A stretch of 64,000 bases of DNA from Candidatus Versatilivorator sp. (GTDB lineage: Bacteria; Acidobacteriota; Terriglobia; Versatilivoradales; Versatilivoraceae): contig OZ242296.1 of the NCBI GenBank assembly GCA_965207735.1, positions 3,200,001 through 3,264,000 of the forward strand. Direction: 5' to 3'. Numbering within the stretch: the first letter of the stretch is position 1; every line of letters begins with the position of its first letter. Under the pieces are notes generated by a model. That model had not been told where the DNA came from and did not search any database. It was given only the letters and a program-made list of their open reading frames with translations. The position numbers and the translations under genes are program-made. Positions 55,632 through 64,000 of this stretch are shown here, piece after piece.

Positions 55632-56657
55632 TCAGAAGGTGGCGATGGGGTTGAGCGGCGATCCGGTGCCGCCGCCGACCGGCAGCGGGGCTGCCGTGAT
55701 CAGGAACTCCCAGCGGTTGAGGCGGCGGGCGGTGGCACTGAGGGCTTCCAGGTCGCAGTTGTCGAAGATGGGGACCCCCATGGCGATGATGGAAAGCATA
55801 TGAATGGGTGAGACCACGCCTTCGATGCCCGAGGGAGCCACCTCGCTGGCGGCGTCGCTGCCCAGCATGGCGATCTCCCGCTGGTGCAGCCAGCGGGCGC
55901 AGGAAGCATTCATTCCGGCCGCCGTTTCGGAAACGTCCCAGACGCCCTTGGCGTCGCGTCTGGCCCAGCGTCCCGTCCGCACCAACAGCACGTCCCCCCG
56001 GCCCACTTTCACTCCGGCCTTCTTTTCCCAGGCGTCCAAGTCTTCCGGATAGATGGCGTCTCCCGGTTCCAGATAGTCGACCCCTTTGAGGGCTGGGATG
56101 TCCATCAGAATCCCGCGGGTGAAGATGCCGTCTTTCACCGTCTCGATACCCAGCTTGCTCGCACCCTCGTCGGTGACTTCCATGCGGGAAAACCCGTTGA
56201 ACATCTTGCCCCCGTAGAACATGTGGCACAGGGAGTCCATGTGGGTATGGGCCCAGCCGTGGTATTGCATGCGATAGGCGTCATTGGAGAACATCCCGGG
56301 ACTCTTGCCGGTCAACAGCATGGCATGCTCGACGGGAAAGGGATTGTCTACAGACTCTTCCTTCTCGATGTCCCGGGCCAGGGAAACCGATACGCCTTCC
56401 CGGACCAGCTTGGCCGCCTGCTTGCGCTTGTCCGGGGTAATGAAGTTCAGGGCTCCCAGCTCATCCGAGTCTCCCCAACGCCCCCAGTTGGACAGCTCGT
56501 CCATCCACCGGTCGATATCGGCCTTGGTCAGGCTCCGGCTGACCTGAGCCGACATGTCGGGGACTTGAGAAGACCGTTGCCAAAAGAACCAGATCGCCAA
56601 CAGAGCCACCAGCAAGGCAATGGGCCGCCAGTAACAACATCCAAAAGAAATTCTCAT
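55632..56657 (-). CDS. Cyclase family (kynurenine formamidase-like) protein with N-terminal membrane anchor
   Basis: NWGRWG..DELGALN, HTHMDSLCH, GDVLLVRTG, GSD and GGTGSPLNPIA. Confidence 0.9.
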   Translation of the reverse strand: MRISFGCCYWRPIALLVALLAIWFFWQRSSQVPDMSAQVSRSLTKADIDRWMDELSNWGRWGDSDELGALNFITPDKRKQAAKLVREGVSVSLARDIEKEESVDNPFPVEHAMLLTGKSPGMFSNDAYRMQYHGWAHTHMDSLCHMFYGGKMFNGFSRMEVTDEGASKLGIETVKDGIFTRGILMDIPALKGVDYLEPGDAIYPEDLDAWEKKAGVKVGRGDVLLVRTGRWARRDAKGVWDVSETAAGMNASCARWLHQREIAMLGSDAASEVAPSGIEGVVSPIHMLSIIAMGVPIFDNCDLEALSATARRLNRWEFLITAAPLPVGGGTGSPLNPIATF

Positions 56658-56681
56658 TCGACTGTTCTCCTTGATTGAACT

Positions 56682-57467
56682 TCAGGCACGCCGCAGCTCG
56701 TCGGCGGTCAGCCGGTGCACCACCGTTCGCAGTCCCTGATCCCCAAGGGAGATCACCCGGTAGCCGCCCGGCAACGACACCGACTGTTCGGACCAGGGGC
56801 CTTCCCCGAACTGGAAAGAAATCGCCGGCACCGACATGAAGTGGGTGCCCGCGTAGTGAAGATGGCACTCGAAATGGATATGGCCGAAGAAGACCGCCTC
56901 CACGCATTGGGACCCCTTGAGGATCTCCAACAGCGCATCGGCATTCTTCAACATCAGCGCGTCCATCCAGGAAACCCCGCTGGCCAGGGGATGGTGGTGC
57001 ATGAAGACCAGGGTGGGTTGGGGTTCCCGGAGCAACTGGTCCAGCCATTGGAGTTGCCCCTCCCCCATGCTTCCCCAGACCTCCCCGGGGCGGGAGGTGT
57101 CCAGCACCACCAGCCGCCATCCCGATCGATGCAGGCAGTAGTAGTAGGGATCGCCGCCCGGTTGCTCCTGGTTCAGCAGATGCCGCCGCAGGCTCCCGCG
57201 GTCGTCGTGGTTGCCGACGGCGTAATGGACCGGAGGGCCGACCCTTTCCATATGGGCCTTGAAGAGCCGGTAGGCGGCCTCGGTTTGCTCGGAGACCGAG
57301 TCGCCGGTGTAGATGCACAGGTCGGGACGCGGCCGGATGGCGTTGATGGAAGCGATGGCGGCCTTCAGGGCGCGGGCGGGCTCCACCCCGTAGATCACAT
57401 GGGCGGGATCGCCGAACAGATGAGCGTCGGAGAAGTGGACGATCGAGAACTCGGACTCGGCGGTCAT
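56682..57467 (-). CDS. Metallophosphoesterase (Icc/CpdA-like phosphodiesterase)
   Basis: SDAH, TGD, GNHD, HHHP and GHIH. Confidence 0.92.
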   Translation of the reverse strand: MTAESEFSIVHFSDAHLFGDPAHVIYGVEPARALKAAIASINAIRPRPDLCIYTGDSVSEQTEAAYRLFKAHMERVGPPVHYAVGNHDDRGSLRRHLLNQEQPGGDPYYYCLHRSGWRLVVLDTSRPGEVWGSMGEGQLQWLDQLLREPQPTLVFMHHHPLASGVSWMDALMLKNADALLEILKGSQCVEAVFFGHIHFECHLHYAGTHFMSVPAISFQFGEGPWSEQSVSLPGGYRVISLGDQGLRTVVHRLTADELRRA

Positions 57468-57754
57468 GGCGCAACCCCGGCAGGCCGGCGCCGGAAGGTG
57501 GTTTTCAATGGCCCCTGAAGGCCGGCTGTCGGCATGCGGCCCACTCTATCACGACCCTGATTGGGAGCCAAGCCGGCGAAAACGGCGGCCGGCCGGCCGC
57601 GGTCGAAGCAGCCCCAAACCTGCCAGGGAGAAGGGTTTGACTTCCCCGGGCGCGGGCCATATCATTTCCGCCCTGACCGGTCCGCAACCAGAAACAGATC
57701 CGAATTCTTGCCCCAAGCCGGCCTCCGCAGGGACGAGGCCGCGGTGAATGCACC

Positions 57755-58501
57755 ATGGCCAGGCTAAGCCAGCAAGCGCTGGAACAGTACCGGCAGCAGG
57801 GTTACGTCAGGGGCGGGAAGATACTGTGCGACAGCGAGTTGGCCCGGCTGCGGGAGGAGATCGACCGGCTCATCGCCGGGCTGCCGGCGGAAACCCGGCC
57901 CGAGAACATGCCGTCGGTGCATTACAGCAACCGCTACTTCCTGGATCTTTTCCTCAGTGAGCCCCTGGTGGACGTTGCGGAGCAGATTCTGGGTCCGGAC
58001 GTTGCCCTCTTTACCTCCTACGTCATCAGCAAACGCCCCGGAGACGGGCTGGAGGTGGAGTGGCACCAGGATGCCGCCTTTTTCCCCATCGACCCCATGG
58101 AGACCTTCACCGTGTGGCTGGCCGTGGATGACTCGGACCGGAGGAACGGATGCATGCAGGTCATCCCGGGGTCCCACCGAAACAAGGTGCTCTTGAACCA
58201 CCGGGTCGATACGGACAGCCAGACCACACTGCCGCTGTCCTTCCGGCAGGTGGACCAGACCCGGGCGGTCGACGTGGAGCTCAAAGCCGGGGAGTTCTCC
58301 GCCCACGACGTCTTCCTGTGGCACGGGTCCAACCCCAACCGTTCCCGGCGGCGCCGGTGCGGCATCACCATCAAGTACATTCCGACTTACGTCCGCATCG
58401 ATCGCACCTTCGTGTCTCCCACCGGGTTCGATTGGTCCGGTCTGAGACTCTATCTGGCCCGGGGGCGTCCGGGCGAGCTGAATGAATACGTCAACCTGTA
58501 G
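57755..58501 (+). CDS. PhyH-family Fe(II)/2-oxoglutarate dioxygenase
   Basis: WHQD, WLAVDD...NGCMQVIPGSH and HGS.PN.S...R. Confidence 0.93.
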   Translation: MARLSQQALEQYRQQGYVRGGKILCDSELARLREEIDRLIAGLPAETRPENMPSVHYSNRYFLDLFLSEPLVDVAEQILGPDVALFTSYVISKRPGDGLEVEWHQDAAFFPIDPMETFTVWLAVDDSDRRNGCMQVIPGSHRNKVLLNHRVDTDSQTTLPLSFRQVDQTRAVDVELKAGEFSAHDVFLWHGSNPNRSRRRRCGITIKYIPTYVRIDRTFVSPTGFDWSGLRLYLARGRPGELNEYVNL

Positions 58502-58558
58502 CGAGGCGGTGCCTCAGCCCAATTGGCAAGAGAAAAAAGATATCAAGGAAGGAACACG

Positions 58559-60940
58559 ATGAATCAACCCACCGACGACCGCCTCAGAAGACTGGGGGCG
58601 GGCGAGTCGATCCAATCCCTTTGCAAGGCCTCGGGCATGTCGAGGCAGCAGTTCGAGGACTGGTGGCAGTCGGAGATCCGGTCCAGAGTGCCCGAAATGG
58701 AAGCCCGTCACGAACTGGCGGTGAAGCGTCCGGTCCGGATCGAGCGCGATTCCTGGGGGATTCCCCACATCTCGGCCGAGGACGACCTGGACCTGTTCTT
58801 TGGCTACGGCTTTGCCATGGCCCAGGACCGGCTGTTTCAACTGGACTTCCTGCGGCGCAAGGGGCAGGGGCGGCTGGCCGAGATTCTGGGTCCGGAAGGA
58901 ACCGAGTCGGACCTGCTGGTCAGAACCGTGGGGCTGCCGGGCATTGCGGCCGAGGAGGAAAACCGCCTTCCGGAAGAGGTAGCCCAACGGCTCCAGGCCT
59001 TTTCGGACGGGATCAACGCCTGGATGGAGCGCACCGCCACCTCCCTGCCCATCGAGTTCGACCTGCTCGACTATGAGCCCGAGCCTTGGTCTCCCGCCGG
59101 AAGCCTGGCCATACAGGTCGAGTTCCAATGGTATCTGACGGGGCGCTTCCCGGTCATCGTCATTCCGGAACTGGCCAAGCGCCGCTTACCCAGCTCTGCA
59201 CTCTACCGGGCCTTCCTCCAGGGAGAATCCGACGAGGAGAGCATCCTGCACGCCGGCGACTATGCCGCGCGGCCCCGACATTCGGCGGCCAACCCGGCCG
59301 TGGGCCCCGCCGGCGGCGACCCCTGCGAGGGGGAAGGCAGCAACAACTGGGCGATCGCAGGATCGAGGACCCGGAGCGGCCGGCCGCTGCTGGCCAGCGA
59401 TCCCCATATCGCCTTTGCCGCCGTCTCCTGCTGGTACGGAGTGCACCTGCGCAGCCCCTCCCTCAGTGTGGCCGGCACCGGATACTCGGGGGTGCCAGCG
59501 GTGATGATCGGCCGCAACCATCGGGTGGCCTGGGGCGTTACCAACAACATCTGCTCCCAGCGGGACCTCTATCAGGAGAAGACCGATCCCGGCCATCCCG
59601 GCTGTTTCCTCCATGACGGAAAATGGGAGCCGGCCCGGGAGCGGGTCGAGGAGATCAAGGTGAAGGGGAGCCCTCCGCTGACTCTGAAGGTGCCCCACTC
59701 CAGAAACGGCCCCATCGTGGACTCGGTGCTTCCCCCGTTGGCGAGGGATACGGGACCAGTGTCGCTCCGCTGGCTGGGGGCGGAAGGCTCCGGATGGCTG
59801 CCGGCCCTGCAGCGCATGAACCGGGCCGGCAGTGCCGACCAGTTCCGGCAGGCGTTGGAGGGGTGGATCATGCCGACCTGGAACATGGTGTTTGCCGACG
59901 TGGACGGGAACATTGGACAGCAGGCCACCGGCAGGATTCCAATCCGCCGACTCTGGGAAAGAGGCTACCGGCCGGGCTGGGACCCCGCCCATCGGTGGGA
60001 CGGGCTCATTCCCTTCGAGGGCATGCCCGCATTGAATAACCCGGAAAGAGGCTGGATCGCCACCGCCAACAACCGGCCGGCCCCGGACGACTTTCCCTAC
60101 CCCCTCTCCGGCACCTGGAGCAGCGGCCACCGGGCGCGCCGGGTGCGCCAGAGAATCGAAAACGGGAGGGACCTGTCCAGGGAGGACCTGGTCGGGATCC
60201 AGCACGACGTTCTCTCCCTGCGGGCCCGCGAGTGCCTGCCGCACCTGTTGCAGATCCTGGACCAGCACACTCCAGAGAATAAAGACGCGGTGGAAGAGCT
60301 CCGGGGCTGGGACGGCCGCATGGAGACCGACAGCGCCGGCGCTTTGATCTTCGAGACCTTCTTTACCCATTGGAGCCGCACCGTGGCCGGCGAGCGCTTT
60401 CCCCAGGACCAGGTGGAGCTGGTTTCCGGGGCCATCGGCGGACTGGCCTCGCAGTTGCTCAGGGAAGACCCGGTGGGCTGGTTCGAGCGGCAGCCGCGCC
60501 GGAGCGCGGTGGTCCGGGCCTGGCGCGCCAGCCTGACCGAGCTGTCCCGGCGGATGGGTCCCGAGGTCTCGGGCTGGACTTGGGGACGGGCCCATCGAAT
60601 CCATCTCAGGCATGTGCTCTCAGGGCGAGGCGATCTGGGAAGCCTGCTGGATCGGGGAGGTCAACCGGTGAAGGGCAACGGAATCACGGTCTGTAATACC
60701 GGGTATGACCCAAACTGGGGCGCCACCATGGGCGCCAACTTCCGAATGGTCGCCGATCTCGGCAGTCCGGAAGCCGGGTTGTGGACGGTGGACGCCCAGG
60801 GGCAGTCCGGCCATCCCGGCAGCCCACACTACGGCGATCAATTGCCCGCCTGGCTGGAAGCCCGCTACCACTATTTGGCACTGGAGTCCAGGTCTCCGGA
60901 TATCAAGGCCAGAACGACTCTGAACCCCGCCGGCCCGTAG
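58559..60940 (+). CDS. Penicillin acylase family (S45) Ntn-hydrolase with an HTH-like N-terminal extension
   Basis: RDSWGIPHI, AQDRLFQ, G|SNNW nucleophile, ASDPH, TANN and GQSGHPGSPHY.DQ; no signal peptide. Confidence 0.93.
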   Translation: MNQPTDDRLRRLGAGESIQSLCKASGMSRQQFEDWWQSEIRSRVPEMEARHELAVKRPVRIERDSWGIPHISAEDDLDLFFGYGFAMAQDRLFQLDFLRRKGQGRLAEILGPEGTESDLLVRTVGLPGIAAEEENRLPEEVAQRLQAFSDGINAWMERTATSLPIEFDLLDYEPEPWSPAGSLAIQVEFQWYLTGRFPVIVIPELAKRRLPSSALYRAFLQGESDEESILHAGDYAARPRHSAANPAVGPAGGDPCEGEGSNNWAIAGSRTRSGRPLLASDPHIAFAAVSCWYGVHLRSPSLSVAGTGYSGVPAVMIGRNHRVAWGVTNNICSQRDLYQEKTDPGHPGCFLHDGKWEPARERVEEIKVKGSPPLTLKVPHSRNGPIVDSVLPPLARDTGPVSLRWLGAEGSGWLPALQRMNRAGSADQFRQALEGWIMPTWNMVFADVDGNIGQQATGRIPIRRLWERGYRPGWDPAHRWDGLIPFEGMPALNNPERGWIATANNRPAPDDFPYPLSGTWSSGHRARRVRQRIENGRDLSREDLVGIQHDVLSLRARECLPHLLQILDQHTPENKDAVEELRGWDGRMETDSAGALIFETFFTHWSRTVAGERFPQDQVELVSGAIGGLASQLLREDPVGWFERQPRRSAVVRAWRASLTELSRRMGPEVSGWTWGRAHRIHLRHVLSGRGDLGSLLDRGGQPVKGNGITVCNTGYDPNWGATMGANFRMVADLGSPEAGLWTVDAQGQSGHPGSPHYGDQLPAWLEARYHYLALESRSPDIKARTTLNPAGP

Positions 60941-60977
60941 CTGAGGCGGCGGCCGCCGCCACAGAAAGGCATTCACC

Positions 60978-62174
60978 TTGGAAGACACCTACCGAAGCCT
61001 GGGAGTGCGGCGGGTGATCAATGCCGCCGGGACGCTGACCCGCCTGGGGGGCCCGCCCATGGCGCCGGAAGCCGTGGAGGCCATGCGGGAAGCCTCCCGC
61101 TGGAGCGTATCCATCGAGGAACTGCAGGACCGCGCGGGGAGGTACCTGGCGGAGGTGACCGGCGCCGAAGCCGGCTATGCCACCTGCGGAGCCGCCGCCG
61201 GATTGCAGCTTGGGGCCGCGGCCTGCCTGGCCGGCCTGGACATCCACCGGATGGAGCAACTTCCCGACAGCGACGGCATGCCCAACCGGATCGTGGTGCA
61301 GCGCTGCCAGCGCAACGCCTATGACCATGCGCTACGGGCTGCCGGCGCCAAGCTGGTGGAGGTGGGACAACTGGGAAACCCGGAGGCGCGGCCGACGGCG
61401 CGCTGGCAGATCGAGGCGGCCATCGACCCCCGCACCGTGGCGGTCCTCTGGGTGGACATGCAGGCCCCGGGGGCGGTCTCCCTGGAAGGCACGGTAGCGG
61501 TGGCTCATCGCCATCGACTGCCGGTCATCGTGGATGCGGCCGCCTCGCTGCCTCCCAGAGAAAACCTGAAACGCTTCGTGGCCGCCGGAGCCGACCTGGT
61601 GGCCTTCTCAGGCGGCAAGGCCCTGGGGGGACCGCAGGCTTCCGGGATCCTGGTGGGCCGCCGGGACCTGATAGACTCGGTGGCCTTGCAGCACCAGGAC
61701 ATGGACGTCTGGCCCGAGACCTGGATGCTGCGCGGCCGCTTTCTGGAATCGGGCCGGCTGCCGGGCCCGCCCCTGCAGGGAATCGGAAGGCCGCTCAAGG
61801 TGGGCAAGGAGGAAATTGCCGGCCTGGTGGCGGCCGTGAGAGCTTACCTCAAACAGGACCCTGAGGCCTGGCGGCAAGAGCAGGCCGACAAGATTCAGAC
61901 CCTCCGCACCGGCTTGGAACAACTTCCCCGCCTGAGGGTCACGACCACGGACAGTGGGGAGTCGGGCTACCCGCTGCTCGCCGTGGAGCTCGAAGAGAAT
62001 CCGTCCGGACTGACACTGGTGGACCTGGTGCTGGGCCTGCTGGAGGGCGATCCGTCGGTGGCGGTCGGCCAGCAGGAGATGCCCCGGGGCCGCCTGATCC
62101 TCAACCCCGTAAGCCTGGGCGTAGACCAGCTGGAGCTGGTCATCGAGCGGTTCGGCTCGATTCTGACCCGCTGA
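60978..62174 (+). CDS. SelA-like / DgaE-like PLP-dependent enzyme
   Basis: VINAAGT, IVDAAA, FSGGKALGGPQ (PLP lysine) and GRPLKVGKEE. Confidence 0.9.
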   Translation: MEDTYRSLGVRRVINAAGTLTRLGGPPMAPEAVEAMREASRWSVSIEELQDRAGRYLAEVTGAEAGYATCGAAAGLQLGAAACLAGLDIHRMEQLPDSDGMPNRIVVQRCQRNAYDHALRAAGAKLVEVGQLGNPEARPTARWQIEAAIDPRTVAVLWVDMQAPGAVSLEGTVAVAHRHRLPVIVDAAASLPPRENLKRFVAAGADLVAFSGGKALGGPQASGILVGRRDLIDSVALQHQDMDVWPETWMLRGRFLESGRLPGPPLQGIGRPLKVGKEEIAGLVAAVRAYLKQDPEAWRQEQADKIQTLRTGLEQLPRLRVTTTDSGESGYPLLAVELEENPSGLTLVDLVLGLLEGDPSVAVGQQEMPRGRLILNPVSLGVDQLELVIERFGSILTR

Positions 62175-62196
62175 GAAGCACTGAAACGAGGAGGCC

Positions 62197-62994
62197 ATGG
62201 AACGCAAGAGCTACTGGTATCAGCAATACACCTGGCAGGAGTTGAAGGCCCTGGTGCCCCGCCAGCCGGTGGTGGTCCAACCGATCGGCTCGGTGGAAGA
62301 CCACGGGCACCACCTGCCCCTGGATACCGATAACTTTCTGATCCAATCCATCTGCGAGGAGGCAGCCCGACGCGCCGATGGAGAGATCCTGCTGCTCCCG
62401 CCGATCCCCTACGGATTTGAAACCCACCACATGGACTTCCCGGGAACCATCGATATCCGCATGGAGCATTTGCTGAACTTCGTTCTGGACGTTACCAAGA
62501 GCGTGGCCCACCACGGATTCAAGCGCATCCTGATCGCTGACGGGCACGGTTCCAACATGCCCATCCTGGAACTGGTGGCCCGCAGGACCATCCTGGAAAC
62601 CGACAGCCTCTGCGGCGCCTTCATCTGGCCGTCCCTGGCCGCCGAGAAAATCCAGGAGGTGCGGGAATCGGAGCGGGGAGGCATCGCCCACGCCGGCGAA
62701 CTGGAGACCTCAGTCTACCTGCACCTGGACCCTCAAAGAGTCCAGATGGACAAAGCCGTGACGGAAATCGGCCTGCCTCCCTCCAATTTCATCTTCCTGG
62801 ATCTCATGGCCAGCTCCCCGGTGGCCTTCATGGATATCTGGACGCGCTTCAGCAAGACGGGCGTCGTGGGAGACCCCAAGCTGGCGACCGCCGAAAAGGG
62901 CCGGGTGATCTTCGAGGCGGTAGTAGAGGCTTTCCTGCGCCTGGTCCGGGAGTTCAAGAACCGCCCCGACGGCCAGCGGGTCGACCACCATTAG
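62197..62994 (+). CDS. Creatininase family amidohydrolase
   Basis: PIGSVEDHGHHLPLDTD, FPGT, GHGSN, HAGELETS and GVVGDP..AT.EKG. Confidence 0.93.
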   Translation: MERKSYWYQQYTWQELKALVPRQPVVVQPIGSVEDHGHHLPLDTDNFLIQSICEEAARRADGEILLLPPIPYGFETHHMDFPGTIDIRMEHLLNFVLDVTKSVAHHGFKRILIADGHGSNMPILELVARRTILETDSLCGAFIWPSLAAEKIQEVRESERGGIAHAGELETSVYLHLDPQRVQMDKAVTEIGLPPSNFIFLDLMASSPVAFMDIWTRFSKTGVVGDPKLATAEKGRVIFEAVVEAFLRLVREFKNRPDGQRVDHH

Positions 62995-63049
62995 GCCTCG
63001 ACCCAATCACAGTGATCGGCGGGACCACCGCCTCGGCTAGCGGAAAATA

Positions 63050-64000
63050 ATGATGACCATTCAATCGAGAGTTCTGAAGACACTTGCCGTGACCTTACTC
63101 GTTTTCACGCCAACCGCACCTGAAGGGTTCGGACAGGGCACGTCGCCAGATCTTTCCTTTTCCAGCCTGAACGACATTGCCCTCGACGCCGAGGGCAATA
63201 TTCTGGTTGTCGATTCCGATTCCAACCGGGTCTACAGGGTCACGCGTGACGGAAACATCTCCGTGTTCGCCGGTACCGGGCGACAGAGAGCAGACGGGGA
63301 CTCGGGCGGCGACGGCGGGCCCGCAACCGAAGCTCATTTGCGTTATCCGGAAAGTATCGCCGTGGGTTCGCAGAACGAGGTCTATATTTCCGACGAAGAC
63401 CGAGTCCGCCGGGTAGATGCCAGAGGCATTATCACGACCATCGCCGGAAGCGGGAATTCGGGAGACGGTTTAGCCCGTGGGCAGATTGCAACCGACTTTC
63501 GCCTACACGATTTAAGAGCCATTGAATACGACCCGCGTTCAGGAAGATTGTACATCTGGCAAAGGAATCAACGAATCTGGCGGGTTGAGAATGACAGGAT
63601 CTTTCATTTTGCAGGAAGTGGAGGGACAGGATGTAGGGGCGATGCAGAACATCCGACCCAGGCGCAATTCGACTATATTGCTGACATGTCGGTCGGCCCC
63701 GACGGATCACTTTACTTGGCCGACGGTATTCGTATTCGCAAGATCGACCCTGCCGGGTCCACGATCACATCGGTCGCCGGTAACGGGAGATTCTGGGACA
63801 GACGGATCGCGGATGGAACACCCGCCCTCAGAACGGGCATGCGGCGTCCTCGAGGATTGGCCTTTGACTCTCGGGGACTGTTGCACTATGGAAATGATGA
63901 CGGAGACATCTATCGGCTTGAGTCTAACGGAACACTGACACTGTTCGCCGATCTGTTCGATTTGCGGGGCACCACACAGAGCGGCAGGATGTTCTTCGAA
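63050..64000 (+). CDS. Secreted NHL-repeat protein, 3'-truncated by the window edge and absent from the ORF track
   Basis: Manual translation from ATG 63050: MMTIQSRVLKTLAVTLLVF...IALDAEGNILVVDSDSNRVYRV...VFAGTG...GDGGPATEAHLRYPESIAV...ITTIAGSG. Confidence 0.88.
   Translation, partial: MMTIQSRVLKTLAVTLLVFTPTAPEGFGQGTSPDLSFSSLNDIALDAEGNILVVDSDSNRVYRVTRDGNISVFAGTGRQRADGDSGGDGGPATEAHLRYPESIAVGSQNEVYISDEDRVRRVDARGIITTIAGSGNSGDGLARGQIATDFRLHDLRAIEYDPRSGRLYIWQRNQRIWRVENDRIFHFAGSGGTGCRGDAEHPTQAQFDYIADMSVGPDGSLYLADGIRIRKIDPAGSTITSVAGNGRFWDRRIADGTPALRTGMRRPRGLAFDSRGLLHYGNDDGDIYRLESNGTLTLFADLFDLRGTTQSGRMFFE

Noticed and set aside
60978-62174. True selenocysteine synthase (selA)
   Set aside because: It lacks the SelA N-terminal domain and no selB/selC/selD is nearby; it fits the SelA-like/DgaE group better.
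63095-63938. Short ORFs listed at the window end
   Set aside because: They are alternative frames of the NHL-repeat gene starting at 63050, which the track missed because it has no stop in the window.

Overview
High-GC bacterial window with no rRNA, tRNA or CRISPR array that I can find. The gene families suggest an Acidobacteriota/Planctomycetota-type organism, possibly host-associated; this is inference from LRR, NHL, TPR, Kelch and DUF1501/DUF1553 content. (1) 1-13.4 kb holds four co-oriented, probably exported modular proteins: an LRR protein, a CARDB-S8 protease and two Cache-like proteins. The last three end in the same ~480-500 aa domain that I cannot assign to a family, and an intact IS sits in the ribosome-binding site of the last one. 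(2) Two DUF1549/DUF1553 + DUF1501 clusters; the second follows a Kelch gene whose promoter contains a Fur-box-like site. (3) Many catabolic enzymes and transporters. (4) 36-40.2 kb is a nearly gene-free pile-up of small elements: 327-bp tandem units, REP doublets, a decayed 2.4-kb tyrosine-integrase element whose two ends fall in halves of a REP rather than a tRNA, a MITE related to the resident IS, and a 9-bp-periodic inverted-repeat element enclosing what looks like a decayed GxxExxY gene. (5) A VapBC-type toxin-antitoxin pair beside a second MITE family, an exported HEXXH metallopeptidase, and an NHL-repeat gene that runs off the window end. Best candidates for undescribed systems: the shared C-terminal carrier domain with swappable passengers, the apparently REP-targeting integrative element, and the periodic-repeat/GxxExxY elements. 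All family names come from recognising motifs by eye, not from database searches.
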